This document shows positions 1 to 11,439 of a stretch of 51,633 nucleotides of DNA, piece by piece; position 1 is the stretch's first letter; every line of letters begins with the position of its first letter. The position numbers were made by a program, and so were the translations under genes. Source of the DNA: Octopus bimaculoides (lineage: Eukaryota); NCBI RefSeq assembly GCF_001194135.2, contig NC_068983.1, forward strand, positions 133,490,347-133,541,979, given 5' to 3'. The notes under the pieces were generated by a model. The model was not told where the DNA came from and ran no database searches. It worked only from the letters and a program-made list of their open reading frames with translations.

Positions 1-114
1 GGGGGGGGGGTGTATGTGTGTGTGTGTGTGTGTATACAGGATGTTCAGTACGCACAACAGGAGAAAACACAAATAAAAAATACCTAACTAGATTATGGCT
101 GGGAGATAACAGTT

Positions 115-300
115 TACCCAAAGTAACCTCTCTCAGCTTTGTCCAGAGTCTCAAGTCGACTCCAGAACCTGGCCTCACTGTCGCCCTCGGAATATTTTCG
201 GCTACTTGTTTGATCTTGGCCAGTAGCTCAGCCTTGGTACTACAGGCAGAGTGGTTGGTGTTTTTCTTAACTGCGTCCAATGGAAAGAGAGAATCCATCC
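115..300 (-). mobile_element. Tc1/mariner-superfamily transposase C-terminal remnant (frameshifted)
   Basis: Manual minus-strand translation gives DAVKKNTNHSACSTKAELLAKIKQVAENIPRATVR, then after a shift RFWSRLETLDKAERGYF, resembling the C-terminus of DD37D/Tc1-like transposases. Confidence 0.55.
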
Positions 301-354
301 CCAAAACAGAACAACACCTGAAAACAGTTACGCTGCTCCGTCGGCAAATATCTA

Positions 355-657
355 CAATAGCCTCGGGAAGACTACAGCCTTTGGAATGGATTTGGTAGAG
401 GGAAACTGAAAGAAGCCCGTCGTATATACCTATGTGTGTGCATGTTTGTGTGACATTATGACTGTGTTTGTCCCCCACCACCGCTTGACAACTGGTGTTG
501 GTATGTTTACGTCCCCGTAACTTAATCGTACGACAAAAGTGGCCGATAGAATAGGTACCAGGCTTAAAAGAAAAATAACAAGTACTAGGGTCGATTCATT
601 CGACAAAATTTTCTTGAAAGCGGTGCTCTAGCATGGCGGTAACAAATGACTGAATCA
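355..657 (+). mobile_element. SINE family B, 5'-truncated copy
   Basis: Shares GGATTTGGTAG-GGAAACTG, the TTGACAAC..GTTTACGTCCCCGTAAC core and the GCATGGC..AATGACTGAA tail with copies at 9455, 13585, 23395 and 44791. Confidence 0.8.
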
Positions 658-1104
658 NNNNNNNNNNNNNNNNNNNNNNNNNNNNNNNNNNNNNNNNNNN
701 NNNNNNNNNNNNNNNNNNNNNNNNNNNNNNNNNNNNNNNNNNNNNNNNNNNNNNNNNNNNNNNNNNNNNNNNNNNNNNNNNNNNNNNNNNNNNNNNNNNN
801 NNNNNNNNNNNNNNNNNNNNNNNNNNNNNNNNNNNNNNNNNNNNNNNNNNNNNNNNNNNNNNNNNNNNNNNNNNNNNNNNNNNNNNNNNNNNNNNNNNNN
901 NNNNNNNNNNNNNNNNNNNNNNNNNNNNNNNNNNNNNNNNNNNNNNNNNNNNNNNNNNNNNNNNNNNNNNNNNNNNNNNNNNNTATATATATATATATAT
1001 TTAAATATATAATCGGTCAGGAGTTCTTATATCCGAAAAGAAACACACTTTATTGCATTAGAGTTGTAATATTTAGAAAGTTATTAGGTATTGGCTGGTT
1101 AAAG

Positions 1105-1659
1105 GTGTGATAATTAGTTTCGCATCTATAAAGCGCTTAGCTGTATAGGCTACACGTCAGACTCAAATGACCGGAGGCATATAACCACTCTACAACATGA
1201 GGGATGAAAACATCATAGTTAGTTAGTTTTGCAGATAAAAAGAAATCCGGAACGAAACTCTCCTAGCAAAACCTTGGGCAGAATGAAATTATCCCCTTTA
1301 TATCAGTTCCGAGGACCTTCTTAAGCTCCAGAAATGAGATTTTAGTCAGTGCCCTCATCAGAGGAAATTCATGTTGAAAATATGGAATTCTTCATTTGCA
1401 GCCTCAAGAAAGGCTGCCGTCTTGAGACATCTTCGACAGGCATGTCGTGGACATAACTAGAGCCGATATAAGGAGGATAATTCCGCCTCACCCAGTGTTT
1501 TACCAGCTAGGTTTCGCTCAGGATTTTGTTTACAAAATAAACTGACCATGACGTTTTCCTCGCTGAAGTTGCAAAGAGGTTATGTGCCTCTGGCTATTTG
1601 AATTTGACGAGTCGCCTATACAACGAAGCGCTTTATAAGTGTGAAACCAATGGTCACTC
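1105..1659. mobile_element. PLE pseudo-LTR-like segment bounded by two inverted, degenerate hammerhead motifs
   Basis: 1105-1164 (minus) and 1600-1659 (plus) align without gaps at 47/60 nt. Each has a CUGACGA-like core, a CUAUA/UAUA(G) stem II and GAAAC-6nt-UC. Confidence 0.55.
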
Positions 1660-1684
1660 TCTGACTGGCCATAAAAACAACCTG

Positions 1685-1699
<15 letters not shown>

Positions 1700-1719
<20 letters not shown>

Positions 1720-2455
1720 GAATAATTTATATCAATAAAATATTGGATGTGTTTTAGATACATATGACATATACATACATAGGTATGTACATAAATACAC
1801 ATACATGCATATATGCATACATACACACGTGCATGCATGCATACATACATACATACATACATACACTGTTGTTTATGTTGAAATTCCAATAAAGGAGCCT
1901 TGGATCTAGGTTAGAAACCGGCTCTTTCTCTATTGGCAAAAAAAAATTTGAAATATGATCCGCCCACCGGATGTTAACATAAAAGTGAAGATCAGTGAAA
2001 AAGAGAATACCTACGCTGAACTATTGAGAAATCTGCAGTTACTCTATTCAGATTACAAGTTCAGGTTTATACTGTAATTATTGGAGCCATGGGAGCCATG
2101 TAACTCGCTGCCTAAATACCAATCTTGAGAAATTAGGCTTCTCAAAACCAGAAAGGAGAAAACTAATTCGAAGATTACAGATCCAATCCATCACTGGAAC
2201 TGTAAAAATCTATAATACTTTCCAGAAGTTTATCATTTAAATATATATGAGCACGTCTAGATATGCAACTATATGCATGAGAATACATACATAAAGTACA
2301 GCATACAAATCTGCACATATACATACATACATACATACATACAAAAATACTCTGTTGTTGTTGAAATTCCAATGAAGGAACCTTGAATCTAGGTTAGAAA
2401 CCGGTTCTTTCTCTATTTGCAAGAAATCTTCAAATAATACTGAACAATGACATAC
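1700..2455 (+). mobile_element. R4/Dong-like non-LTR retrotransposon 3' end (RLE C-terminus plus duplicated 3' UTR)
   Basis: 1950-2240 translates with shifts to PDVNIKVKISEKENTYAELLRNLQLLYSDYKFRF...LNTNLEKLGFSKPERRKLIRRLQIQSITGTVKI, resembling a restriction-like endonuclease tail. The 3' UTR occurs twice (1865-1950, 2350-2435) amid (CATA)n. Confidence 0.7.
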
Positions 2456-2520
2456 TTGCATACATACATACATACATACATACATACATACATACATACA
2501 TACATAATTACAACTTACGA

Positions 2521-3115
2521 TAAACACAAGTTTATATTATTTGTTCTTACGTACGTTTCACCATTGCTGTTGCTTGAATCTTTGCATTAGATATTCCAAG
2601 AACTGTTGAATGTTTAATCACAACGGATCATAAGTAAACATTTCGCTTCATTATGTTGTAGAGAACTAATACCTTGAGTTGGCGAAGCGTTTCATAAGTA
2701 TTTTGTGAGGGAAGTAGAATCACAGTGGAAAGCTTGCCATCTCATCATCCTAATAAGGTCATTAGTTGTGTATAGTAAAAGTTCCAGGTATAGTCGTTTA
2801 TCAGTAATTAGTTTATTTTTCGGTGATGCACGAATGTATTGTTTATCCATGTTCCAATGTTGAAGTCAGTAGAGCTTCACCATTGGGGAGGAAGTTATAG
2901 TGTATTTTGAGCGTGCAAATAGATGTACAACTATTACTGTTAAGTTCAGAGCTCCACGTAGATCCTAGCATGGTTGTTAGAATACTCAGTGGTACTACTA
3001 ATTAAGATAGACAGAGCAAGTGAAGAGAAATTATGTTAAACACAAATTTATATTATTTGTTCCTACGTTCGTTTGGAAATTGTGGTTGTTAAGGAACTTT
3101 ACATTGAATTATTTT
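2521..3115 (-). mobile_element. PLE ORF N-terminal fragment between direct repeats
   Basis: Minus translation KNKLITDKRLYLELLLYTTNDLIRMMRWQAF matches the PLE N-terminal KNIP...IKRMRWKA motif. A ~38-bp direct repeat lies at 2521 and 3037. Confidence 0.55.
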
Positions 3116-3580
3116 GTTAAGGTCATTTCTACAAATATTCTATAGAAATTATAGCCAGAACTGATTTCTTTGCTATAACGTTTCGTGTCGAGACGTCAGT
3201 TGTAAATTAACAATGAAATCGAAGACAAAAAGGGGTAATGAGTGTATATGCGAAATTTCAGGGCTTTTTATCACTTCATCAGCACCCATCTAATTCTGGC
3301 ATCAAAAGCTGCAAATGCCAAACTCCTTGGGAAGTATTCAAATGGTAGTAATACTTAGAACAGTTCATGTGTTGAGGAAAGTGTTGCATATCTAGACTGT
3401 GGGATCAAACTGAGACATGACATAGATAAATCAGTTAAGTGAATAATAATAAAGCTTTCAGTCATACTGTAAGATCTCTTATCCTTCACTTGCCCTGGGG
3501 CTCTGGGTCTGTCTCGTCAAATGTTTGTAACAAACATGCAGATTAAAAGTAAACATCAACAACAACAACGATAATAATAA

Positions 3581-3987
3581 TCCTTTCTACAATAGGCACA
3601 AGGCCTGAAATTTGGTGGAGGGGACTAATTGATTACGCGAACCCAGTGTTTTACTGGTACTTAATCTATCGACCTCGAAAGGATGAAAGGCTAAGTCGGC
3701 GAAGGCGGAATTTGAACTCAGTACGTAGCAGCAGGTGAAATGCCGCTAAGCATTTAGCTCGGTGTGCTAACGATTCTGCCAGCTCGCCGTCTTCAAATTT
3801 TGGTAGAAGGCCAGAATTTTTTTTAAATGAGGGTAAATTGATTACATCACCCCTAATGTTTACCCGGTGCTTTTTTTTTACCCCAAAAAGATGAAAAGTC
3901 GATAGAAATTTGAACAGGAAACTTAAATACTCAGAGATGCCACTAAGAAAGAACTCCGTCCAATCTGCTAACGATTTCACCAGCTCA
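3581..3987 (-). mobile_element. SINE family A, two tandem copies (3581-3791, 3795-3987)
   Basis: GAAAGGATGAAAGG..GGCGGAATTTGAACTCAG..GCTAACGATTCTGCCAGCTCGCC is shared with 18709 and 22258; tRNA-like head on the minus strand. Confidence 0.85.
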
Positions 3988-4759
3988 AATGCAACGGATT
4001 TATTCAATAAAAAAGCATATGTTTATACTAAGTCTGCAATTACTACATTAGAAAAGATAAACATAACATTTTATTAAACAATTTAAACGATAAACAAAAA
4101 GTGGCATGAAAATGTCCCCGTGGTGAGTTGATCCCACAGATTTCAAATTGTTCTCATGACTAAAATCAGGTACTCTCCCTCTCGACTACTATAGCTAACA
4201 TAATGGAAAATCGATATTATATATTCTTGCACAATCAACAACTCAATTTATATTATACAAAATTTTCTACCCAGCAACATAACACAACACACAGCACATA
4301 TTTTAGACACGCTACACGCAACACTGAAAACGCATAACACAACACATGTAGCACATATTCGTCGTAGTCACTACCTGACGCTACAAAACGTAGCATCTTA
4401 CACAACACACACAACACGACCTAACAAAGTAACACAATTTACAGTTAACAAATACTACACAACAGACAGACGAAACACAGAAAATTAAAATATTGCAATA
4501 GAAAGGAAGAAACATTCGTCGAAACAGCAAATCAGACCTTAACATTCCTATGAAATAGTGACCTACAATTCTTGACCCGGAATAGCACAAGCAAAATTAG
4601 GACATTAGTCAATACGAAAATCATTTATCAAGATAGAAATTGTGATATTGTAGTTATCTCAAGATGGAAATAGTTAAATAATTGAAATCGATATATATTT
4701 CCATGGATTAATGAGAGAATCTCTCGAATATAAAATTAAGCTATAGAGTAATAACAATA

Positions 4760-6420
4760 ATGCAGCAAATATGGAAAATGAAAAATAATCGATCGTTAAT
4801 TAAATCAATGAAGAAAGACTCAGAGGAAAACAAAAGTAGAAAAATACTATCAACTACATAAAGAAAAAAGCGAGAAACACCCTAAAAAACATAATTTTCG
4901 AAACAAGAGATCTTAACTAAATGATAAAGAACTAGTTTTATGAAAAGCTACAACGATTCTTTGAGCAACACAAATAGTGTGATTTAAACACAAAATTATT
5001 TTATTAAAAACGACATTAAAACAAAATAGAAATGAATGTAGCATCAAAAATAAAAGAAGATTTTTGAGGAAGTGTATGGATAGCGAGAATATCTCAAACA
5101 AGACAGGCAACGCAGGATGTTATATCAACTCAAGTAGTAGTAGTCCAGGCGTTAAAAAAACTAATATCTGGAAAGAACCAGAGAATGAGGACATGCCAAC
5201 CACTTTAGTTGAAACAAGTAGCAAGTACACGAAGTGATGCATAAGTATTTAACGATCTACTTATCAATAAAAGAATCACTAAAATTCTCATGGATGTTTC
5301 ACTTATCCGAAAAACTAAAGAAATAGTAAACTCCACCAAAACGTTTCAGGCCCACACCTTGTTATTTGCCGACAACGTGCAGAACTGCATCTCCAATCCT
5401 ATTATAGAGAATAAATACCTAAAACATAATCACATTCAGATAAGAAGATTCTGGAAATGTTTACATGGCTGTAAAAATCAATTACTGATCAACAGTCACA
5501 AAGGAAGAGACTAGTCAGAGATAAGAAAAATCTGAGAAGGACATGGATCGTCATACACAAGTTTTCAACTATGGCCCCTATCTTAGGATTCTGGAAACAT
5601 TTAGCTATGAGTCATCTAATACCAATAATATATGGCAAATAATCTTGCAGATCGCAACAAAAGAAAGAACTATAAAAACAATTTCCTTCCAATTTGAATA
5701 ACAATATTCCCAGGAAAATTCCCTTTTACTTTCTTTCAGCCTGGCCTTAATAGCTTCAGTTAGCATACTAAACTATATTAGAGTTGAATAAAAATAAAAA
5801 TGCTACAGAGGGGGATCAAATGTAGTTTTTATATTGATGACCTCAAGTTGTTCACTACAGATGAATAAAGACTGGAAACGACGTTGCATCGCTAGAGATC
5901 TTTACATTGAATATTCTTTCGAAATATGACTTATAAGAACCGTAAAGAGAGGAAAATGAATTTTTTAAAAAATGTTACATGCGGGAACAGAAATACGAGA
6001 ATTCGATTAAATTTAGCTTAGAAATCTCTAGGAATCAGTGACCGAGACAAAATACGATGCAAGCAAATGAAAACAATTATTTGGTAGGAATGTTTTACCC
6101 TTTAGGCAAACTCCTAAGAAGGCACAAATTATAACAAGAATAGGTTAGAAAAAAACATGCATTAACTGTTCCCAAATGAAAAGGTTTACTCATAATTTTC
6201 CCAACTAGATGCTGTGTAAAATTAACAAGAAAACACAAATCTTTAAGGAACATCATACAAGTTCTGCCACAGAAAGATAATATTCATCACGGATATAGTG
6301 CAGTTGGAGATTTCTACAACTAGGAAATTATTTTAAAATGTCTTCTACAGGAGTATGAAATAATTATTAAAGAATAAAGAGAGACTAATACAATACAAAT
6401 AACACTTTGTCCAAATTTCA
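4760..6420 (+). mobile_element. Heavily decayed R4/Dong-like reverse transcriptase region
   Basis: Residual motifs RP..CYLPTT, HGCKNQLLIN (cf. GCKDQLLID) and FYIDDLKLF near 5830-5855; many stops and frameshifts. Confidence 0.65.
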
Positions 6421-6492
6421 GAAAATCAGACCAAAACCAGAGTGCAGAAGTAATAACAGTTGCTAAGTGTATGCACACACTTACGTACGTAG

Positions 6493-6494
<2 letters not shown>

Positions 6495-6556
<62 letters not shown>
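6495..6556. repeat. (CA)n microsatellite
   Basis: Perfect dinucleotide run; one of dozens of CA, TA, CATA, GATA, GA and AAT tracts across the window. Confidence 0.98.
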
Positions 6557-6558
<2 letters not shown>

Positions 6559-6775
6559 CCTTGCTCCGTGAAGCGAATGAGATGATGTACATATATATGA
6601 TCTTACTATAACAGAAGAATACACTATACACACACCCACACATACACATATATATGTGTGTGTGTAGAGTATTTTTCCGTGATGGTAAGATCACGTGTGT
6701 GTGTGTGTGTGTGTGTGTAGTGTATTTTTCTGTGATAGTAAGAGCATATATATGTACATCATCTTATTCGTCGCA

Positions 6776-7883
6776 AAGGAATGTGCGCACAGAGAAACGC
6801 AGGTACAAAATATGTGCGCACACAAAATGCGTGAACATAGAAATGCGCGCGCACTGAAATGCGTGAACAGAGAAATGCGCGCAAAGGAAATGCGTCCACA
6901 GAGAAATACCACACTGAGAAATTCGCGCACAAAGAATTTTGCGCAAACTGAACTGCGTGCACACAGAATTTCGTGGACACAAAAGCACATAGAAATGCAC
7001 GCAGGAACAAATGTGCGCGCACACAGAATTCCGCGCACACAAAAATGTGCGCGCACGAAAATGTGCTCACACGAAAATGTGCGCACAGAAAAATGTGCGC
7101 GCACAAAAATATGTGCACGAAAATGGGCGCACAAAAAATGCGCACACATAGAAACATGCGCAGGAAGACATGTACGCACTGAGAAATGCGCGCACAAAGA
7201 AATGCCTGCATACACAACTGTGTGCTCACAGAAATGAGATCACTGAGAAATGCAGGCACAAAGTAATGTGCGCACAAAAAATTAGCGTACACAAAAATGC
7301 GCGCACACAGAAACATGAGCTAGAAGAAATGTGGGCACACAGGAAAGAGTGCACAGAAAAATGTGCTCACAGATAAATGCGTGCCCAGACAAATGCGCGC
7401 ACAGGGAAATGCGCGCACAGAGAAATTCGCGCACACAGAAACGCGTACACACAGAAATGCGTGCACACAGAAATGTGTGCACAAAGAAATGTGCGCACAG
7501 AGAAACGCAGGTACAAAATATGTGTGCACACAAAATGCGCGAACATAGAAATGCGCGCAAAGGAGATGCGTCCACAGAGAAATGCCACACAGAAAAATTC
7601 GCGCACAAAGAATTTTGCGCAAACTGAACTGCGTGCACACAGAATTTCGGGGACACAAATGCACACAGAAATGCATCAGGAACAAATGTACGCATACAAA
7701 AGAGCATACACACAGAATTCTGCGCACACAAAAATGTACGCGCACAAAAAAGTGCGCACACAAAAATGTGCGCACACAAAAATGTGCGCACACATAGAAA
7801 CATGCGCAAGAAGACATGAACGCACTGAGAAATGCGTGCATACACAATTGTGCGCTCACAGAAATGAGAGCACTGAGAAATGC
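6776..7883. repeat. Complex minisatellite with ~14-16-bp unit (AAATGYGCGCACA-) and ~710-bp higher-order repeat
   Basis: Dense reiteration of AAATGTGCGCACA variants; 6777-7250 recurs from ~7486 with the same order of variants. Confidence 0.9.
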
Positions 7884-7885
7884 TG

Positions 7886-8340
7886 AAAGCTAGCTTCTCA
7901 GGAAGTACTCTCTTCCTGATCAGAGTGCTTCCTGAGATAATTCAGCTGGATAAACATACCTTAAAGAAGACTTGACGGTTAAACACTCAGCAGATCAAAA
8001 ACAAGGCTATACATAGCTATGTTTCCCAATATCTATGGACAACTACTTCGAAACATCCCACTTCTATATCCGAATTACAGATTAATGTTTATACCAATTA
8101 ATAATTGGAGCACTTGGCTTTGTAAGTAAATATCTAGTTGTCAGTCTGGACAAGCTTGGATTTTCAGAAAAAAGATATCAACTAACTGACTCCTACATTA
8201 CAAATACAATCTATAAGTGAAACAGTAAAGCTATGCAAGACTTTTCTCGGGTTGAAAATGTGACATTGTTTTCGTCATCTACATTCCAGTGATGAAGATT
8301 TGAAACTTTGCTGGAAACCAGCTCCTTCTTCAGAGAAAGA
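7886..8340 (+). mobile_element. R4/Dong-like 3' end, probably the continuation of 4760-6420
   Basis: YGQLLRNIPLLYPNYRLMFIP..IIGALGFVSKYLVVSLDKLGFS is homologous to 2000-2240, and the 3' UTR motif at 8283-8327 is homologous to 2366-2410. Confidence 0.7.
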
Positions 8341-8404
8341 ATTTAAATGATTAAAAGCAAGGAAAACATCCATACATATATATGTATATATGTATGTGTG
8401 TATA

Positions 8405-8590
8405 TGGCTTAGTGGTTAGTGTGTTGTACTCACGATTGCGATATCGTGGTTTCGATTCTCAGACATGGCGTTGCGTTGTGTTCTTGAGCAAAGCACTTAA
8501 TTTTACGTTGCTCTTCGATCATTTCGACATTTGACATAGGCACCCAGTTGCACCTGTACAGGTAATGTCGATTTGATGAAGGGAGTGAGC
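8405..8590 (+). mobile_element. SINE family C, degenerate
   Basis: A-box TGGCTTAGTGG, B-box-like GTTTCGATTC and GCGTTGTGT.CTTGAGCAA..CACTT, shared with 44558. Confidence 0.75.
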
Positions 8591-8792
8591 TTACGTAGAA
8601 ATCAAATGTATATATATATATATACATACACACATATCTATAATCAAGTAAAGGTAATAAACCTCATTAAGGGATCATAAATCCAATGAAAATTCTGGTT
8701 AGTTACCAATATATAGAAAGTTCAGCTATAAGGTAACGATATAAACCGTGGTTCATATATTTATATATTCAAAGAATAAGGAGAAAATAGAG

Positions 8793-9172
8793 AGGTAATT
8801 AATAAAATTATTTATTAGTTATAAAATATAACAATATCTTTGACAGCTGTTTCGATTAAGAATTCTTTAAATAATTAATTTATAAAACTAAAATCATTAT
8901 AAGAGGAATCTCTTCAGAAGTAGTAAAGATATACCGATTAGAAATACATGTTGAGAAAACGGCAATAAAACCAACCTTGAGATAACGGCTATAAAGCCGT
9001 TGGTTTTATCTCAACATGTATTTCTAATCGGTATATCTTTACTACCTCTGAAGAGATTCATCTTATAATGATTTTAATTTTATAAATTAATTATCTAAAG
9101 ATTTCTGAATTGATACACCTGTCAGAGATGTTGTCATATTTTATAATTAATAAATCATTTTATTAATTACCT
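8793..9172. repeat. ~170-bp-arm inverted repeat made of two PLE pseudo-LTR-like copies
   Basis: 8793-~8960 is the near reverse complement of ~9003-9172 (e.g. ATATACCGATTAGAAATACATGTTGAGA / TCTCAACATGTATTTCTAATCGGTATAT). Confidence 0.9.
8834..8932 (-). ncRNA. Minimal type-I hammerhead ribozyme, core intact
   Basis: Minus RNA reads AUAUCUUU-acuacuu-CUGAAGA-GAUU...AAUC-GAAA-CAGCUG-UC-AAAGAUAU, with palindromic stem III ACAGCUGU and a GUC cleavage triplet. Confidence 0.7.
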
Positions 9173-9454
9173 GTCCATTTACTCTTTATTCATTACATAT
9201 ATATGTGTGTGTACATATACATATATAAAGTAGCATTCTAGTTTTGATAATTAAGCTATTATCAAGACATCATGATTTTGTTTTAAATGTTAATGACAAA
9301 GGTAACTATAAATCTTTTTAGAAAACACGAATACTCTATCCTTGTACATTCACAAAAAATGATTTTCAACGCGGCAGTAAATGACCAATCTTCTGGATAT
9401 AAATGACAGTAGTGCCCAACAGGATCTATATGTACGACTTTTGCGTGTGTCTGC

Positions 9455-9705
9455 ATGTGTGGTGTATGTGGGGGGCGTGTGTGAGGGAAGGAGGTATGTG
9501 TGTTTGTCCCCCCTACACCGGTTGACAACCAGTGTCGATATGTTAACGTCCCCGTAAGTTAACGTTCGGTAAAAGAGAACAAGAGAACGATAGTATAAGA
9601 ACCTGGCTTTAAAAATGTGTTGGAGTCGATTCATTCGACCGAATACACTCCAAGGCGGTGCCCCAGCATTGACCGCAGTCTAATGACTGAAACAAGTAAA
9701 GGACG
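9455..9705 (+). mobile_element. SINE family B, 3' half
   Basis: GTTGACAACC..GTCGATTCATTCGAC..GGTGCCCCAGCAT..AATGACTGAAACAAGTAAA tail shared with other B copies. Confidence 0.8.
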
Positions 9706-9782
9706 AAAGATAAAAGATATATGTGTGTGTGTGTAAATATACGTATTCGTGTGCGTATATATATGTACATATATATATGTAC

Positions 9783-9820
<38 letters not shown>

Positions 9821-9836
9821 AAATGTNNNNNNNNNN

Positions 9837-9876
<40 letters not shown>

Positions 9877-10539
9877 TATATATCCATACACACACATATA
9901 TATATATATGTATGCATATATGTGTGTGTGTATGTATGTATGTATTATGTATGCATAAAAAAATTAAAAGCGTCTTTTGGCATTAAAATAAATCAACTAT
10001 CTACAAAGGTCGTAAGATACCTCTTATTTTCCCTTCTCTCCACTCCTTTTTCATGCATCTTACGTCTTCACAACGACATTCATACACTTTCTTCCACACT
10101 GCATTCACAAAACGCCCCACGATCCCGTTCCCGCGTTGATTTTCAGGATTCACGTATTCCAGGAGAGACGCTCTACTATGCCAGCCGTCATAGTAGAGAG
10201 ATGACACCGGAAAAAACCTAACGTTTATGTAATGAACTTCGCTGTTTTGTGTGTATAAACATCAACATATAAGGGAAAAGTGGGGAGGTGATACGCACAC
10301 ACACACACACGCACATACATATACATATACACATACATATAAGTGAAAAGTGGAGAGGCGATACGGAAACATACACACACACACACACACACATATATAT
10401 ATTTCACTTAGGCATTACGAGACTAGTAACCTGACGTAGAACTCAATACACATATGCTTGAGAAGTGTTTGATGAATGTAGTGCGGTGATAAGAATATGA
10501 GATGACAAAGGAATAAACGATTATCTTATGAACTTCATT

Positions 10540-10667
10540 AGCTTACAGGTGTTTCTGCTATAAGTTGCAGTGGACTCATAGTTGAGTGTCTGAGTAACAC
10601 CTTATAGTTTCATCGGAGCCTTTGCATTTTGTATTAGATGCTCCGATGAAACTATAAGGTGTTACTC
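10540..10667 (-). ncRNA. Degenerate hammerhead with a perfect 28-bp fold-back
   Basis: Minus: GGCU-CCGAUGA-A-ACUAUAAG...CUUAUAGCA-GAAAC-ACCUG-UA-AGCU. 10592-10619 is the exact reverse complement of 10640-10667. Confidence 0.55.
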
Positions 10668-10925
10668 TTCATTGCACTCAAAAACTATAGTAAACTAACG
10701 AAATAACGCTAGCCAAACCTAAGTATTTACAGTTTGGTTCAAACTACGTCAGTAGACAGACCTTGAACGCAGTTGCGTAGTTTAATAACCAGTCGAAAGT
10801 AACTGGATGCAAATGCAATTACTAGTTGTCAATGTTACAGGAACGTGCGTAGGACAAATTTAAACCTAATATGCTGTATAACTGACTGCAGATATAATAA
10901 AATATAGATTACAATTAAATGTTAT

Positions 10926-11394
10926 GTGGAATTTAAACTCAGAATATATAGAGCGAAAAAAAAAGAACTAATTTTACCCTCTGGCCAACCAATTAGGACA
11001 ATCCGATATTCTAAGAAAATCACTGAACGAATGCAAAATTGGATAGAAATAGGTGTGATAGAAATTTAACATATTTAAAAAAAAAAACAGTGAAATACCT
11101 TCACGAGAAGGAAATGTTCAATAAAACTGGAGTCTTTTTCTTTGCTAATTAAACTTAAGACTCAACGATCTCTTCGTGCTCAAGAATTTAATACACACTT
11201 TGCGATAGAATTTGAAGACAATTTTGACAGTACTTTTCACGCAACACTAATGCTTGGTGAAATACTGAGGTCAGACATTTAACCTCTGACTTTTCATATT
11301 TTGCAGATTAAATTTAAACAATAAATTGTCATTTAAACTGTGCGTGCTTATTCTCGTACACGAGACAAAATAGATTACATACAACGATCATACG

Positions 11395-11439
<45 letters not shown>

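Noticed and set aside
2369-2407. Functional hammerhead in the R4-like 3' UTR
   Set aside because: The core reads CCAAUGA (G5 lost) and stem I is not adjacent; kept only as a conserved structured motif.
3172-3206. Minus CUGACG...GAAACGUU motif
   Set aside because: A9 is missing, stem II is misregistered and there is no stem I.
4110-4196. Minus-strand tRNA-like stretch
   Set aside because: The boxes are too degenerate and the stems do not pair; at most an old SINE head.
6654-7886. Many overlapping 60-187-aa Cys/Ala/His/Arg-rich ORFs
   Set aside because: They occur in all six frames and simply reflect the stop-poor minisatellite.
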